The notes below the pieces were generated by a model. That model worked only from the letters and a program-made list of their open reading frames with translations. It did no database searches and was not told the DNA's origin. The position numbers were made by a program, and so were the translations under genes. A stretch of 64,000 bases of DNA from NCBI GenBank assembly GCA_040954595.2, contig CM082589.2, positions 10,428,894-10,492,893 of the forward strand. The letters are read 5' to 3'. This document shows positions 24,015-39,600 of this stretch, in pieces (position 1 is the stretch's first letter; each line of letters opens with the position of its first letter). The stretch comes from Balanoglossus misakiensis (Eukaryota > Animalia > Hemichordata).

Positions 24015-25999
24015 TATGCGCATAGGCCTATATATGTGTTCTGCGCATCACAACAGAATTTTGTAAATGAACGAGGCTGTGTTTGGAAACAACCATGGAA
24101 ATTTTAGAACTATCTCTCGATCTACAGAGTATAGTGGAAAACGTTCATATGCGCATAGGCCTATCATGTGTTATGCACATCACAACATAATTTTGTAAAC
24201 AAACGAGGCTTTGTTTGGAAGCAACATTGGAAATTTTAGAACTATCTGTCGATCTACGGAGTATAGTGGAAAACGTTCATATGCGCATAGGCCTATATAT
24301 GTGTTCTGCGCATCACAACAGAATTTTGTAAACAATCGAGGATGTGTTTGGAAGCAATCATGGAAATTTTAGAACTATCCGTCGATCTACAGAATCTAGT
24401 GGGAAACTTTCTTATGCGCATAGGCATATGTATGTGTTCAGCACATCACAACAGAATTTTGTAAATGAACGAGGCTGTGTTTGGAAACAACCATGGAAAT
24501 TTTAGAACAATCTCTCGATATAAAGTTGAAAAGTTTCTTATGCGCATAGGCCTATTACGTGTTCTGCGCCTCACAACAGAATTCGGTAAATAAACGAGGC
24601 TGTTTGGAAGCAACAATGGAAATTTTAGAACTATCTGTCGATCTACGGAGTATAGTGGAAAACGTTCATATGCGCATAGGCCTATATATGTGTTCTGCGC
24701 ATCACAACAGAATTTTGTAAACAATCGAGGCTTTGTTTGGAAGCAACAATGGAAACTTTAGAACTATCCGTCGATCTACAGAGTCTATAGTGGAAAACTT
24801 TCTTATGCACATATGCCTATCTATGTGTTCTGCGCCTCAAAACAGAATTCCGTAAATAAACGAGGCTGTTTGGAAGCAAACATGGAAATTCTAGAACTAT
24901 CTCTCGATCTACAGAGTATAGTGGAAAACGTTCATATGCGCATAGGCCTATCATGTGTTATGCACATCACAACAGAATTTTGTAAACAAACGAGGCTTTG
25001 TTTGGAAGCAACAATGGAAATTTTAGAGCTATCTGTCGATCTACGGAGTATAGTGGAAAACGTTCATATGCGCATAGGCCTATATATGTGTTCTGCGCAT
25101 CACAACAGAATTTTGTAAACAAACGAGGATGTGTTTGGAAGCAACAATGGAAATTTTAGAACTATCCGTCGATCTACGGAGTATAGTGGAAAACGTTCAT
25201 ATGCGCATAGGCCTATATATGTGTTCTGCGCATCACAACAGAATTTTGTAAACAAACGAGGCTTTGTTTGAAAGCAACAATGGAAATTTTAGAACTATCT
25301 CTCGATCTACTGAGTATAGTGGAAAACGTTCATATGCGCATAGGCCTATCATGTGTTATGCACATCACAACATAATTTTGTAAACAAACGAGGCTTTGTT
25401 TGGAAGCAACCGTGGAAATTTTAGAACTATCTCTCGATCTACAGAGTATAGTGGAAAACGTTCATATGCGCATAGGCCTATCATGTGTTATGCACATCAC
25501 AACATAATTTTGTAAACAAACGAGGCTTTGTTTGGAAGCAACCGTGGAAATTTTAGAACTATCTCTCGATCTACAGAGTATAGTGGAAAACGTTCATATG
25601 CGCATATGCTATCATGTGTTATGCACATCACAACATAATTTTGTAAACAAACGAGGCTTTGTTTGGAAGCAACATTGGAAATTTTAGAACTATCTGTCGA
25701 TCTACGGAGTATAGTGGAAAACGTTCATATGCGCATAGGCCTATATATGTGTTCTGCGCATCACAACAGAATTTTGTAAATGAACGAGGCTGTGTTTGGA
25801 AACAACCATGGAAATTTTAGAACTATCTCTCGATCTACAGTGTATAGTGGAAAACGTTCATATGCGCATAGGCCTATCATGTGTTATGCACATCACAACA
25901 TAATTTTGTAAACAAACGAGGCTTTGTTTGGAAGCAACCGTGGAAATTTTAGAACTATCTCTCGATCTACAGAGTATAGTGGAAAACGTTCATATGCGC

Positions 26000-28900
26000 A
26001 TAGGCCTATATATGTGTTCTGCGCATCACAACAGAATTTTGTAAACAATCGAGGATGTGTTTGGAAGCAATCATGGAAATTTTAGAACTATCCGTCGATC
26101 TACAGAGTCTAGTGGGAAACTTTCTTATGCGCATAGGCATATGTATGTGTTCAGCGCATCACAAAAGAATTTTGTAAATGAACGAGGCTGTGTTTGGAAA
26201 CAACCATGGAAATTTTAGAACTATCTCTCGATCTACAGAGTCTAGTGGAAAACTTTATTATGCACATAGGCCTATCTATGTATTATGCGCATCACAACAG
26301 AAATCGGTAAATAAACGAGGCTGTATTTGGAAGCAACCATGTAAATTTTACAACTATCCGTCGATCTACAGAGTCTGGTGGAAAACTTTCTTATGCGCAT
26401 AGGCCTATTACGTGTTCTGCGCCTCACAACAGAAATCGGTAAATAAACGAGGCTGTTTGGAAGCAACCATGTAAATTTTAGAACTATCCGTCGATCTACA
26501 GAGTCTAGTGGAAAAACGTTCATGTGCGCATAGGCCTATCATGTGTTATGCACATCACAACAGAATTTTGTAAACAAACGAGGCTTTGTTTGGAAGCAAC
26601 AATGGAAATTTTAGAACTATCTGTCGATCTACGGAGTATAGTGGAAAACGTTCATATGCGCATAGGCCTATATATGTGTTCTGCGCATCACAACAGAATT
26701 TTGTAAACAATCGAGGATGTGTTTGGAAGCAATCATGGAAATTTTAGAACTATCCGTCGATCTACAGAGTCTAGTGGGAAACTTTATTATGCGCATAGGC
26801 CTATTACGTGCTCTGCGCCTCACAACAGAATTCGGTAAATAAACGAGGCTGTTTGGAAGCAACCATGGAAATTTTAGAACTATCCGTCGATCTACAGAGT
26901 CTAGTGGAAACGTTCTTATGCGCATAGGCCTATATATGTGTTCTGCGTATCACAACAGAATTTTGTAAACAAACGAGGCTGTGTTTGGAAGCAACCATGG
27001 ACATTTTAGAACTATCTCTCGATCTACAGAGTCTATAGTGGAAAACTTTCTTATGCACATATGCCTATCTATGTGTTCTGCGCCTCACAACAGAATTCGG
27101 TAAATAAACGAGGCTGTTTGGAAGCAACCATGGAAATTTTACAACTATCCGTCGATCTACAGAGTCTAGTGGAAAACGTTATTATGCGCATAGGCCTATA
27201 TATGTGTTCTGCGCATCACAACAGAATTTTGTAAACAAACGAGGCTGTGTTTGGAAGCAACCATGGAAATTTTAGAACTATCTCTCGATCTACAGAGTCT
27301 AGTGGAAAACTTTATTATGCACATATGCCTATCTATGTGTTCTGCGCATCACAACAGAAATCGGTAAATAAACGAGGCTGTTTGGAAGCAACCATGGAAA
27401 TTTTACAACTATCCGTCGATCTACAGAGTCTGGTGGAAAACTTTCTTATGCGCATAGGCCTATTACGTGCTCTGCGCCTCACAACAGAATTCGGTAAATA
27501 AACGAGGCTGTTTGGAAGCAACCATGGAAATTTTAGAACTATCCGTCGATGTACAGAGTCTAGTGGAAAACGTTATTATGCGCATAGGCCTATATATGTG
27601 TTCTGCGCATCACAACAGAATTTTGTAAACAAACGAGGCTGTGTTTGGAAGCAATCATGGAAATTTTAGAACTATCTCTCGATCTACAGAGTCTAGTGGA
27701 AAACTTTATTATGCACATATGCCTATCTATGTGTTCTGCGCATCACAACAGAAATCGGTAAATAAACGAGGCTGTTTGGAAGCAACCATGGAAATTTTAC
27801 AACTATCCGTCGATCTACACAGTCTAGTGGAAAAATGTCTTATGCGCATAGGCCTATCATGTGTTCTGTGCCTCACAACAGAAATAGGTAAATAAACGAG
27901 GCTGTTTGGAAGCAACCATGGAAATTGTACAACTATCCGTCGATCTACAGAGTCTAGTGGAAAACGTTCTTATGCGCATAGGCCTATCTATGTGTTATGC
28001 GCATCACAACAGAAATCGGTAAATAAACGAGGCTGTATTTGGAAGCAACCATGAAATTTTACAACTATCCGTCGATCTACAGAGTCTGGTGGAAAACTTC
28101 CTTATGCGCATAGACCTATTACGTGTTCTGCGCCTCACAACAGAATTCGGTAAATAAACGAGGCTGTTTGGAAGCAACCATGGACATTGTACAACTATCC
28201 GTCGATCTACAAAGTCTAGTGGAAAACGTTCTTATGCGCATAGGCCTATCTATGTGTTATGCGCATCACAACAGAAATCGCTAAATAAACGAGGCTGTAT
28301 TTGGAAGCAACCATGAAATTTTACAACTATCTGTCGATCTACGGAGTATAGTGGAAAACGTTCATATGCGCATAGGCCTATATATGTGTTCTGCGCATCA
28401 CAACAGAATTTTGTAAACAATCGAGGATGTGTTTGGAAGCAATCATGGAAATTTTAGAACTATCCGTCGATCTACAGAGTCTAGTGGGAAACTTTCTTAT
28501 GCGCATAGGCATATGTATGTGTTCAGCGCATCACAACAGAATTTTGTAAATGAACGAGGCTGTGTTTGGAAACAACCATGGAAATTTTAGAACTATCTCT
28601 CGATCTAAAGTTGAAAAGTTTCTTATGCGCATAGGCCTATTACGTGTTCTGCGCCTCACAACAGAATTCGGTAAATAAACGAGGCTGTTTGGAAGCAACA
28701 ATGGAAATTTTAGAACTATCCGTCGATCTACGGAGTATAGTGGAAAACGTTCATATGCGCATAGGCCTATATATGTGTTCTGCGCATCACAACAGAATTT
28801 TGTAAACAATCGAGGATGTGTTTGGAAGCAATCATGGAAATTTTAGAACTATCCGTCGATCTACAGAGTCTAGTGGGAAACTTTCTTATGCGCATAGGCA

Positions 28901-31900
28901 TATGTATGTGTTCAGCGCATCACAACAGAATTTTGTAAATGAACGAGGCTGTGTTTGGAAACAACCATGGAAATTTTAGAACTATCTCTCGATCTACAGA
29001 GTCTAGTGGAAAACTTTATTATGCACATAGGCCTATCTATGTATTATGCGCATCACAACAGAAATCGGTAAATAAACGAGGCTGTATTTGGAAGCAACCA
29101 TGTAAATTTTACAACTATCCGTCGATCTACAGAGTCTGGTGGAAAACTTTCTTATGCGCATAGGCCTATTACGTGTTCTGCGCCTCACAACAGAAATCGG
29201 TAAATAAACGAGGCTGTTTGGAAGCAACCATGTAAATTTTAGAACTATCCGTCGATCTACAGAGTCTAGTGGAAAAACGTTCATGTGCGCATAGGCCTAT
29301 CATGTGTTATGCACATCACAACAGAATTTTGTAAACAAACGAGGCTTTGTTTGGAAGCAACAATGGAAATTTTAGAACTATCTGTCGATCTACGGAGTAT
29401 AGTGGAAAACGTTCATATGCGCATAGGCCTATCATGTGTTATGCACATCACAACATAATTTTGTAAACAAACGAGGCTTTGTTTGGAAGCAACCGTGGAA
29501 ATTTTAGAACTATCTCTCGATCTACAGAGTATAGTGGAAAACGTTCATATGCGCATAGGCCTATATATGTGTTCTGCGCATCACAACATAATTTTGTAAA
29601 CAATCGAGGATGTGTTTGGAAGCAATCATGGAAATTTTAGAACTATCCGTCGATCTACAGAGTCTAGTGGGAAACTTTCTTATGCGCATAGGCATATGTA
29701 TGTGTTCAGCGCATCACAACAGAATTTTGTAAATGAACGAGGCTGTGTTTGGAAACAACCATGGAAATTTTAGAACTATCTCTCGATCTACAGAGTCTAG
29801 TGGAAAACTTTATTATGCACATTTGCCTATCTATGTATTATGCGCATCACAACAGAAATCGCTAAATAAACGAGGCTGTATTTGGAAGCAACCATGTAAA
29901 TTTTACAACTATCCGTCGATCTACAGAGTTTGGTGGAAAACTTTCTTATGCGCATAGGCCTATTACGTGTTCTGCGCCTAACAACAGAATTCGGTAAATA
30001 AACGAGGCTGTTTGGAAGCAACCATGGAAATTTTAGAACTATCTCTCGATCTACAGTGTATAGTGGAAAACGTTCATATGCGCATAGGCCTATCATGTGT
30101 TATGCACATCACAACATAATTTTGTAAACAAACGAGGCTTTGTTTGGAAGCAACATTGGAAATTTTAGAACTATCTGTCGATCTACGGAGTATAGTGGAA
30201 AACGTTCATATGCGCATAGGCCTATATATGTGTTCTGCGCATCACAACAGAATTTTGTAAACAATCGAGGATGTGTTTGGAAGCAATCATGGAAATTTTA
30301 GAACTATCCGTCGATCTACAGAGTCTAGTGGGAAACTTTCTTATGCGCATAGGCATATGTATGTGTTCAGCGCATCACAAAAGAATTTTGTAAATGAACG
30401 AGGCTGTGTTTGGAAACAACCATGGAAATTTTAGAACTATCTCTCGATCTACAGAGTCTAGTGGAAAACTTTATTATGCACATAGGCCTATCTATGTATT
30501 ATGCGCATCACAACAGAAATCGGTAAATAAACGAGGCTGTATTTGGAAGCAACCATGTAAATTTTACAACTATCCGTCGATCTACAGAGTCTGGTGGAAA
30601 ACTTTCTTATGCGCATAGGCCTATTACGTGTTCTGCGCCTCACAACAGAAATCGGTAAATAAACGAGGCTGTTTGGAAGCAACCATGTAAATTTTAGAAC
30701 TATCCGTCGATCTACAGAGTCTAGTGGAAAAACGTTCATGTGCGCATAGGCCTATCATGTGTTATGCACATCACAACAGAATTTTGTAAACAAACGAGGC
30801 TTTGTTTGGAAGCAACAATGGAAATTTTAGAACTATCTGTCGATCTACGGAGTATAGTGGAAAACGTTCATATGCGCATAGGCCTATATATGTGTTCTGC
30901 GCATCACAACAGAATTTTGTAAACAATCGAGGATGTGTTTGGAAGCAATCATGGAAATTTTAGAACTATCCGTCGATCTACAGAGTCTAGTGGGAAACTT
31001 TATTATGCGCATAGGCCTATTACGTGCTCTGCGCCTCACAACAGAATTCGGTAAATAAACGAGGCTGTTTGGAAGCAACCATGGAAATTTTAGAACTATC
31101 CGTCGATCTACAGAGTCTAGTGGAAACGTTCTTATGCGCATAGGCCTATATATGTGTTCTGCGTATCACAACAGAATTTTGTAAACAAACGAGGCTGTGT
31201 TTGGAAGCAACCATGGACATTTTAGAACTATCTCTCGATCTACAGAGTCTATAGTGTAAAACTTTCTTATGCACATATGCCTATCTATGTGTTCTGCGCC
31301 TCACAACAGAATTCGGTAAATAAACGAGGCTGTTTGGAAGCAACCATGGAAATTTTACAACTATCCGTCGATCTACAGAGTCTAGTGGAAAACGTTATTA
31401 TGCGCATAGGCCTATGTATGTGTTCTGCGCATCACAACAGAATTTTGTAAACAAACGAGGCTGTGTTTGGAAGCAACCATGGAAATTTTAGAACTATCTC
31501 TCGATCTACAGAGTCTAGTGGAAAACTTTATTATGCACATATGCCTATCTATGTGTTCTGCGCATCACAACAGAAATCGGTAAATAAACGAGGCTGTTTG
31601 GAAGCAACCATGGAAATTTTACAACTATCCGTCGATCTACAGAGTCTGGTGGAAAACTTTCTTATGCGCATAGGCCTATTACGTGCTCTGCGCCTCACAA
31701 CAGAATTCGGTAAATAAACGAGGCTGTTTGGAAGCAACCATGGAAATTTTAGAACTATCCGTCGATCTACAGAGTCTAGTGGAAAACGTTATTATGCGCA
31801 TAGGCCTATATATGTGTTCTGCGCATCACAACAGAATTTTGTAAACAAACGAGGCTGTGTTTGGAAGCAATCATGGAAATTTTAGAACTATCTCTCGATC

Positions 31901-33650
31901 TACAGAGTCTAGTGGAAAACTTTATTATGCACATATGCCTATCTATGTGTTCTGCGCATCACAACAGAAATCGGTAAATAAACGAGGCTGTTTGGAAGCA
32001 ACCATGGAAATTTTACAACTATCCGTCGATCTACAGAGTCTAGTGGAAAAATGTCTTATGCGCATAGGCCTATCATGTGTTCTGTGCCTCACAACAGAAA
32101 TAGGTAAATAAACGAGGCTGTTTGGAAGCAACCATGGAAATTGTACAACTATCCGTCGATCTACAGAGTCTAGTGGAAAACGTTCTTATGCGCATAGGCC
32201 TATCTATGTGTTATGCGCATCACAACAGAAATCGGTAAATAAACGAGGCTGTATTTGGAAGCAACCATGAAATTTTACAACTATCCGTCGATCTACAGAG
32301 TCTGGTGGAAAACTTCCTTATGCGCATAGACCTATTACGTGTTCTGCGCCTCACAACAGAATTCGGTAAATAAACGAGGCTGTTTGGAAGCAACCATGGA
32401 CATTGTACAACTATCCGTCGATCTACAAAGTCTAGTGGAAAACGTTCTTATGCGCATAGGCCTATCTATGTGTTATGCGCATCACAACAGAAATCGCTAA
32501 ATAAACGAGGCTGTATTTGGAAGCAACCATGAAATTTTACAACTATCTGTCGATCTACGGAGTATAGTGGAAAACGTTCATATGCGCATAGGCCTATATA
32601 TGTGTTCTGCGCATCACAACAGAATTTTGTAAACAATCGAGGATGTGTTTGGAAGCAATCATGGAAATTTTAGAACTATCCGTCGATCTACAGAGTCTAG
32701 TGGGAAACTTTCTTATGCGCATAGGCATATGTATGTGTTCAGCGCATCACAACAGAATTTTGTAAATGAACGAGGCTGTGTTTGGAAACAACCATGGAAA
32801 TTTTAGAACTATCTCTCGATCTAAAGTTGAAAAGTTTCTTATGCGCATAGGCCTATTACGTGTTCTGCGCCTCACAACAGAATTCGGTAAATAAACGAGG
32901 CTGTTTGGAAGCAACAATGGAAATTTTAGAACTATCCGTCGATCTACGGAGTATAGTGGAAAACGTTCATATGCGCATAGGCCTATATATGTGTTCTGCG
33001 CATCACAACAGAATTTTGTAAACAATCGAGGATGTGTTTGGAAGCAATCATGGAAATTTTAGAACTATCCGTCGATCTACAGAGTCTAGTGGGAAACTTT
33101 CTTATGCGCATAGGCATATGTATGTGTTCAGCGCATCACAACAGAATTTTGTAAATGAACGAGGCTGTGTTTGGAAACAACCATGGAAATTTTAGAACTA
33201 TCTCTCGATCTACAGAGTCTAGTGGAAAACTTTATTATGCACATAGGCCTATCTATGTATTATGCGCATCACAACAGAAATCGGTAAATAAACGAGGCTG
33301 TATTTGGAAGCAACCATGTAAATTTTACAACTATCCGTCGATCTACAGAGTCTGGTGGAAAACTTTCTTATGCGCATAGGCCTATTACGTGTTCTGCGCC
33401 TCACAACAGAAATCGGTAAATAAACGAGGCTGTTTGGAAGCAACCATGTAAATTTTAGAACTATCCGTCGATCTACAGAGTCTAGTGGAAAAACGTTCAT
33501 GTGCGCATAGGCCTATCATGTGTTATGCACATCACAACAGAATTTTGTAAACAAACGAGGCTTTGTTTGGAAGCAACAATGGAAATTTTAGAACTATCTG
33601 TCGATCTACGGAGTATAGTGGAAAACGTTCATATGCGCATAGGCCTATAT
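26000..33650 (+). repeat. 4,216-bp (32-monomer) higher-order duplication (boundaries approximate)
   Basis: Matching ORF-track series offset by exactly 4216 (26178/30394, 27247/31463, 28531/32747, 28939/33155). Rare variant ACAAAAGAAT at 26161 and 30377. Confidence 0.9.
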
Positions 33651-36600
33651 ATGTGTTCTGCGCATCACAACAGAATTTTGTAAACAATCGAGGATGTGTT
33701 TGGAAGCAATCATGGAAATTTTAGAACTATCCGTCGATCTACAGAGTCTAGTGGGAAACTTTCTTATGCGCATAGGCATATGTATGTGTTCAGCGCATCA
33801 CAACAGAATTTTATAAATGAACGAGGCTGTGTTTGGAAACAACCATGGAAATTTTAGAACTATCTCTCGATCTACAGAGTCTAGTGGAAAACTTTATTAT
33901 GCACATAGGCCTATCTATGTATTATGCGCATCACAACAGAAATCGGTAAATAAACGAGGCTGTATTTGGAAGCAACCATGTAAATTTTACAACTATCCGT
34001 CGATCTACAGAGTCTGGTGGAAAACTTTCTTATGCGCATAGGCCTATTACGTGTTCTGCGCCTCACAACAGAAATCGGTAAATAAACGAGGCTGTTTGGA
34101 AGCAACCATGTAAATTTTAGAACTATCCGTCGATCTACAGAGTCTAGTGGAAAAACGTTCATGTGCGCATAGGCCTATCATGTGTTATGCACATCACAAC
34201 AGAATTTTGTAAACAAACGAGGCTTTGTTTGGAAGCAACAATGGAAATTTTAGAACTATCTGTCGATCTACGGAGTATAGTGGAAAACGTTCATATGCGC
34301 ATAGGCCTATATATGTGTTCTGCGCATCACAACAGAATTTTGTAAACAATCGAGGATGTGTTTGGAAGCAATCATGGAAATTTTAGAACTATCCGTCGAT
34401 CTACAGAGTCTAGTGGGAAACTTTCTTATGCGCATAGGCATATGTATGTGTTCAGCGCATCACAACAGAATTTTATAAATGAACGAGGCTGTGTTTGGAA
34501 ACAACCATGGAAATTTTACAACTATCCGTCGATCTAAGGAGTCTGGTGGAAAACTTTCTTATGCGCATAGGCCTATTACGTGCTCTGCGCCTCACAACAG
34601 AATTCGGTAAATAAACGAGGCTGTTTGGAAGCAACCATGGAAATTTTAGAACTATCCGTCGATCTACAGAGTCTAGTGGAAAAATGTCTTATGCGCATAG
34701 GCCTATCATGTGTTCTGCGCCTCACAACAGAAATCGGTAAATAAACGAGGCTGTTTGGAAGCAACCATGGACATTGTACAACTATCTTTCGATCTACGGA
34801 GTATAGTGGAAAACGTTCATATGCGCATAGGCCTATATATGTGTTCTGCGCATCACAACAGAATTTTGTAAACAATCGAGGATGTGTTTGGAAGCAATCA
34901 TGGAAATTTTAGAACTATCCGTCGATCTACAGAGTCTAGTGGGAAACTTTCTTGTGCGCATAGGCATATGTATGTGTTCAGCGCATCACAACAGAATTTT
35001 GTAAATGAACGAGGCTGTGTTTGGAAACAACCATGGAAATTTTAGAACTATCTCTCGATCTAAAGTTGAAAAGTTTCTTATGCGCATAGGCCTATTACGT
35101 GTTCTGCGCCTCACAACAGAATTCGGTAAATAAACGAGGCTGTTTGGAAGCAACAATGGAAATTTTAGAACTATCCGTCGATCTACAGAGTCTAGTGGAA
35201 AAATGTCTTATGCGCATAGGCCTATCATGTGTTCTGCGCCTCACAACAGAAATCGGTAAATAAACGAGGCTGTTTGGAAGCAACCATGGAAATTGTACAA
35301 CTATCCGTCGATCTACATAGTCTAGTGGAAAACGTTCTTATGCGCATAGGCCTATCTATGTGTTATGCGCATCACAACAGAAATCGGTAAATAAACGAGG
35401 CTGTATTTGGAAGCAATCATGAAATTTTACAACTATCCGTCGATCTACAGAGTCTGGTGGAAAACTTCCTTATGCGCATAGACCTATTACGTGTTCTGCG
35501 CCTCACAACAGAATTCGGTAAATAAACGATGCTGTTTGGAAGCAACCATGGAAATTGTACAACTATCCGTCGATCTACAGAGTCTAGTGGAAAACGTTCT
35601 TATGCGCATAGGCCTATCTATGTGTTATGCGCATCACAACAGAAATCGGTAAATAAACGAGGCTGTGTTTGGAAGCAACCATGGACATTTAAGAACTATC
35701 TCTCGATCTACAGAGTCTATAGTGGAAAACTTTCTTATGCACATAGGCCTATCTATGTGTTCTGCGCCTCACAACAGAAATCGGTAAATAAACGAGGCTG
35801 TTTAAAAGCAACCATGGAAATTTTACAGCTATCCGTCGATCTACAGAGTCTAGTGGAAACGTTCTTATGCGCATAGGCCTATATATGTGTTCTGCGTATC
35901 ACAACAGAATTTTGTAAACAAACGAGGCTGTGTTTGGAAGCAACCATGGACATTTTAGAACTATCTCTCGATCTACAGAGTCTATAGTGGAAAACTTTCT
36001 TATGCACATATGCCTATCTATGTGTTCTGCGCCTCACAACAGAATTCGGTAAATAAACGAGGCTGTTTGGAAGCAACCATGGAAATTTTACAACTATCCG
36101 TCGATCTACAGAGTCTAGTGGAAAACGTTATTATGCGCATAGGCCTATGTATGTGTTCTGCGCATCACAACAGAATTTTGTAAACAAACGAGGCTGTTTG
36201 GAAGCAACCATGGAAATTTTAGAACTATCCGTCGATCTACAGAGTCTAGTGGAAAAATGTCTTATGCGCATAGGCCTATCATGTGTTCTGTGCCTCACAA
36301 CAGAAATCGGTAAATAAACGAGGCTGTTTGGAAGCAACCATGGAAATTGTACAACTATCCGTCGATCTACAGAGTCTAGTGGAAAACGTTCTTATGCGCA
36401 TAGGCCTATCTATGTGTTATGCGCATCACAACAGAAATCGGTAAATAAACGAGGCTGTATTTGGAAGCAACCATGAAATTTTACAACTATCCGTCGATCT
36501 ACAGAGTCTGGTGGAAAACTTCCTTATGCGCATAGACCTATTACGTGTTCTGCGCCTCACAACAGAATTCGGTAAATAAACGAGGCTGTTTGGAAGCAAC

Positions 36601-39600
36601 CATGGACATTGTACAACTATCCGTCGATCTACAGAGTCTAGTGGAAAACGTTCTTATGCGCATAGGCCTATCTATGTGTTATGCGCATCACAACAGAAAT
36701 CGGTAAATAAACGAGGCTGTATTTGGAAGCAACCATGAAATTTTACAACTATCCGTCGATCTACAGAGTCTGGTGGAAAACTTCCTTATGCGCATATACC
36801 TATTACGTGTTCTGCGCCTCACAACAGAATTCGGTAAATAAACGAGGCTGTTTGGAAGCAACCATGGACATTGTACAACTATCCGTCGATCTACAAAGTC
36901 TAGTGGAAAACGTTCTTATGCGCATAGGCCTATCTATGTGTTATGCGCATCACAACAGAAATCGCTAAATAAACGAGGCTGTATTTGGAAGCAACCATGA
37001 AATTTTACAACTATCCGTCGATCTACAGAGTCTAGTGGAAAAATGTCTCATGCGCATAGGCCTATCATGTGTTCTGCGCCTCACAACAGAAATCGGTAAA
37101 TAAACGAGGCTGTTTGGAAGCAACCATGGAAATTTTACAGCTATCCGTCGATCTACATAGTCTAGTGGAAACGTTCTTATGCGCATAGGCCTATATATGT
37201 GTTCTGCGCATCACAACAGAATTTTGTAAACAAACGAGGCTGTGTTTGGTAGCAACCATGGACATTTTAGAACTATCTCTCGATCTACAGAGTCTATAGT
37301 GGAAAACTTTCTTATGCACATATGCCTATCTATGTGTTCTGCGCCTCACAACAGAATTCGGTAAATAAACGAGGCTGTTTGGAAATTTTACAACTATCCG
37401 TCGATCTACAGAGTCTAGTGGAAAACGTTATTATGCGCATAGGCCTATATATGTGTTCTGCGCATCACAACAGAATTTTGTAAACAAACGAGGCTGTGTT
37501 TGGAAGCAACCATGGACATTTTAGAACTATCTCTCGATCTACAGAGTCTATAGTGGAAAACTTTCTTATGCACATATGCCTATCTATGTGTTCTGCGCCT
37601 CACAACAGAATTCAGTAAATAAACGAGGCTGTTTGGAAGCAACCATGGAAATTTTACAACTATCCGTCGATCTACAGAGTCTAGTGGAAAACGTTATTAT
37701 GCGCATAGGCCTATATATGTGTTCTGCGCATCACAACAGAATTTTGTAAACAAACGAGGCTGTGTTTGGAAGCAACCATGGAAATTTTAGAACTATCTCT
37801 CGATCTACAGAGTCTAGTGGAAAACTTTATTATGCACATATGCCTATCTATGTGTTCTGCGCATCACAACAGAAATCGGTAAATAAACGAGGCTGTTTGG
37901 AAGCAACCATGGAAATTTTACAGCTATCCGTCGATCTACAGAGTCTAGTGGAAACGTTCTTATGCGCATAGGCCTATATATGTGTTCTGCGCCTCACAAC
38001 AGAATTTTGTAAACAAACGAGGCTGTGTTTGGTAGCAACCATGGACATTTTAGAACTATCTCTCGATCTACAGAGTCTATAGTGGAAAACTTTCTTATGC
38101 ACATATGCCTATCTATGTGTTCTGCGCCTCACAACAGAATTCGGTAAATAAACGAGGCTGTTTGGAAGCAACCATGGAAATTTTACAACTATCCGTCGAT
38201 CTACAGAGTCTAGTGGAAAACGTTATTATGCGCATAGGCCTATATATGTGTTCTGCGCATCACAACAGAATTTTGTAAACAAACGAGGCTTTGTTTGGAA
38301 GCAACAATGGAAATTTTAGAACTATCTCTCGATCTACTGAGTATAGTGGAAAACGTTCATATGCGCATAGGCCTATCATGTGTTATGCACATCACAACAT
38401 AATTTTGTAAACAAACGAGGCTTTGTTTGGAAGCAACCGTGGAAATTTTAGAACTATCTCTCGATCTACAGAGTATAGTGGAAAACGTTCATATGCGCAT
38501 AGGCCTATCATGTGTTATGCACATCACAACATAATTTTGTAAACAAACGAGGCTTTGTTTGGAAGCAACCGTGGAAATTTTAGAACTATCTCTCGATCTA
38601 CAGAGTATAGTGGAAAACGTTCATATGCGCATATGCTATCATGTGTTATGCACATCACAACATAATTTTGTAAACAAACGAGGCTTTGTTTGGAAGCAAC
38701 ATTGGAAATTTTAGAACTATCTGTCGATCTACGGAGTATAGTGGAAACGTTCTTATGCGCATAGGCCTATATATGTGTTCTGCGCCTCACAACAGAATTT
38801 TGTAAACAAACGAGGCTGTGTTTGGTAGCAACCATGGACATTTTAGAACTATCTCTCGATCTACAGAGTCTATAGTGGAAAACTTTCTTATGCACATATG
38901 CCTATCTATGTGTTCTGCGCCTCACAACAGAATTCGGTAAATAAACGAGGCTGTTTGGAAGCAACCATGGAAATTTTACAACTATCCGTCGATCTACAGA
39001 GTCTAGTGGAAAACGTTATTATGCGCATAGGCCTATATATGTGTTCTGCGCATCACAACAGAATTTTGTAAACAAACGAGGCTTTGTTTGGAAGCAACAA
39101 TGGAAATTTTAGAACTATCTCTCGATCTACTGAGTATAGTGGAAAACGTTCATATGCGCATAGGCCTATCATGTGTTATGCACATCACAACATAATTTTG
39201 TAAACAAACGAGGCTTTGTTTGGAAGCAACCGTGGAAATTTTAGAACTATCTCTCGATCTACAGAGTATAGTGGAAAACGTTCATATGCGCATAGGCCTA
39301 TCATGTGTTATGCACATCACAACATAATTTTGTAAACAAACGAGGCTTTGTTTGGAAGCAACCGTGGAAATTTTAGAACTATCTCTCGATCTACAGAGTA
39401 TAGTGGAAAACGTTCATATGCGCATATGCTATCATGTGTTATGCACATCACAACATAATTTTGTAAACAAACGAGGCTTTGTTTGGAAGCAACATTGGAA
39501 ATTTTAGAACTATCTGTCGATCTACGGAGTATAGTGGAAAACGTTCATATGCGCATAGGCCTATATATGTGTTCTGCGCATCACAACAGAATTTTGTAAA

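Noticed and set aside
23172-24025. ORFs 23172-23453 (-), 23750-24025 (+) and 17975-18187 (+)
   Set aside because: They overlap subterminal motif arrays or cross the transposon-satellite junction and have no recognisable domain, so they are most likely chance ORFs.
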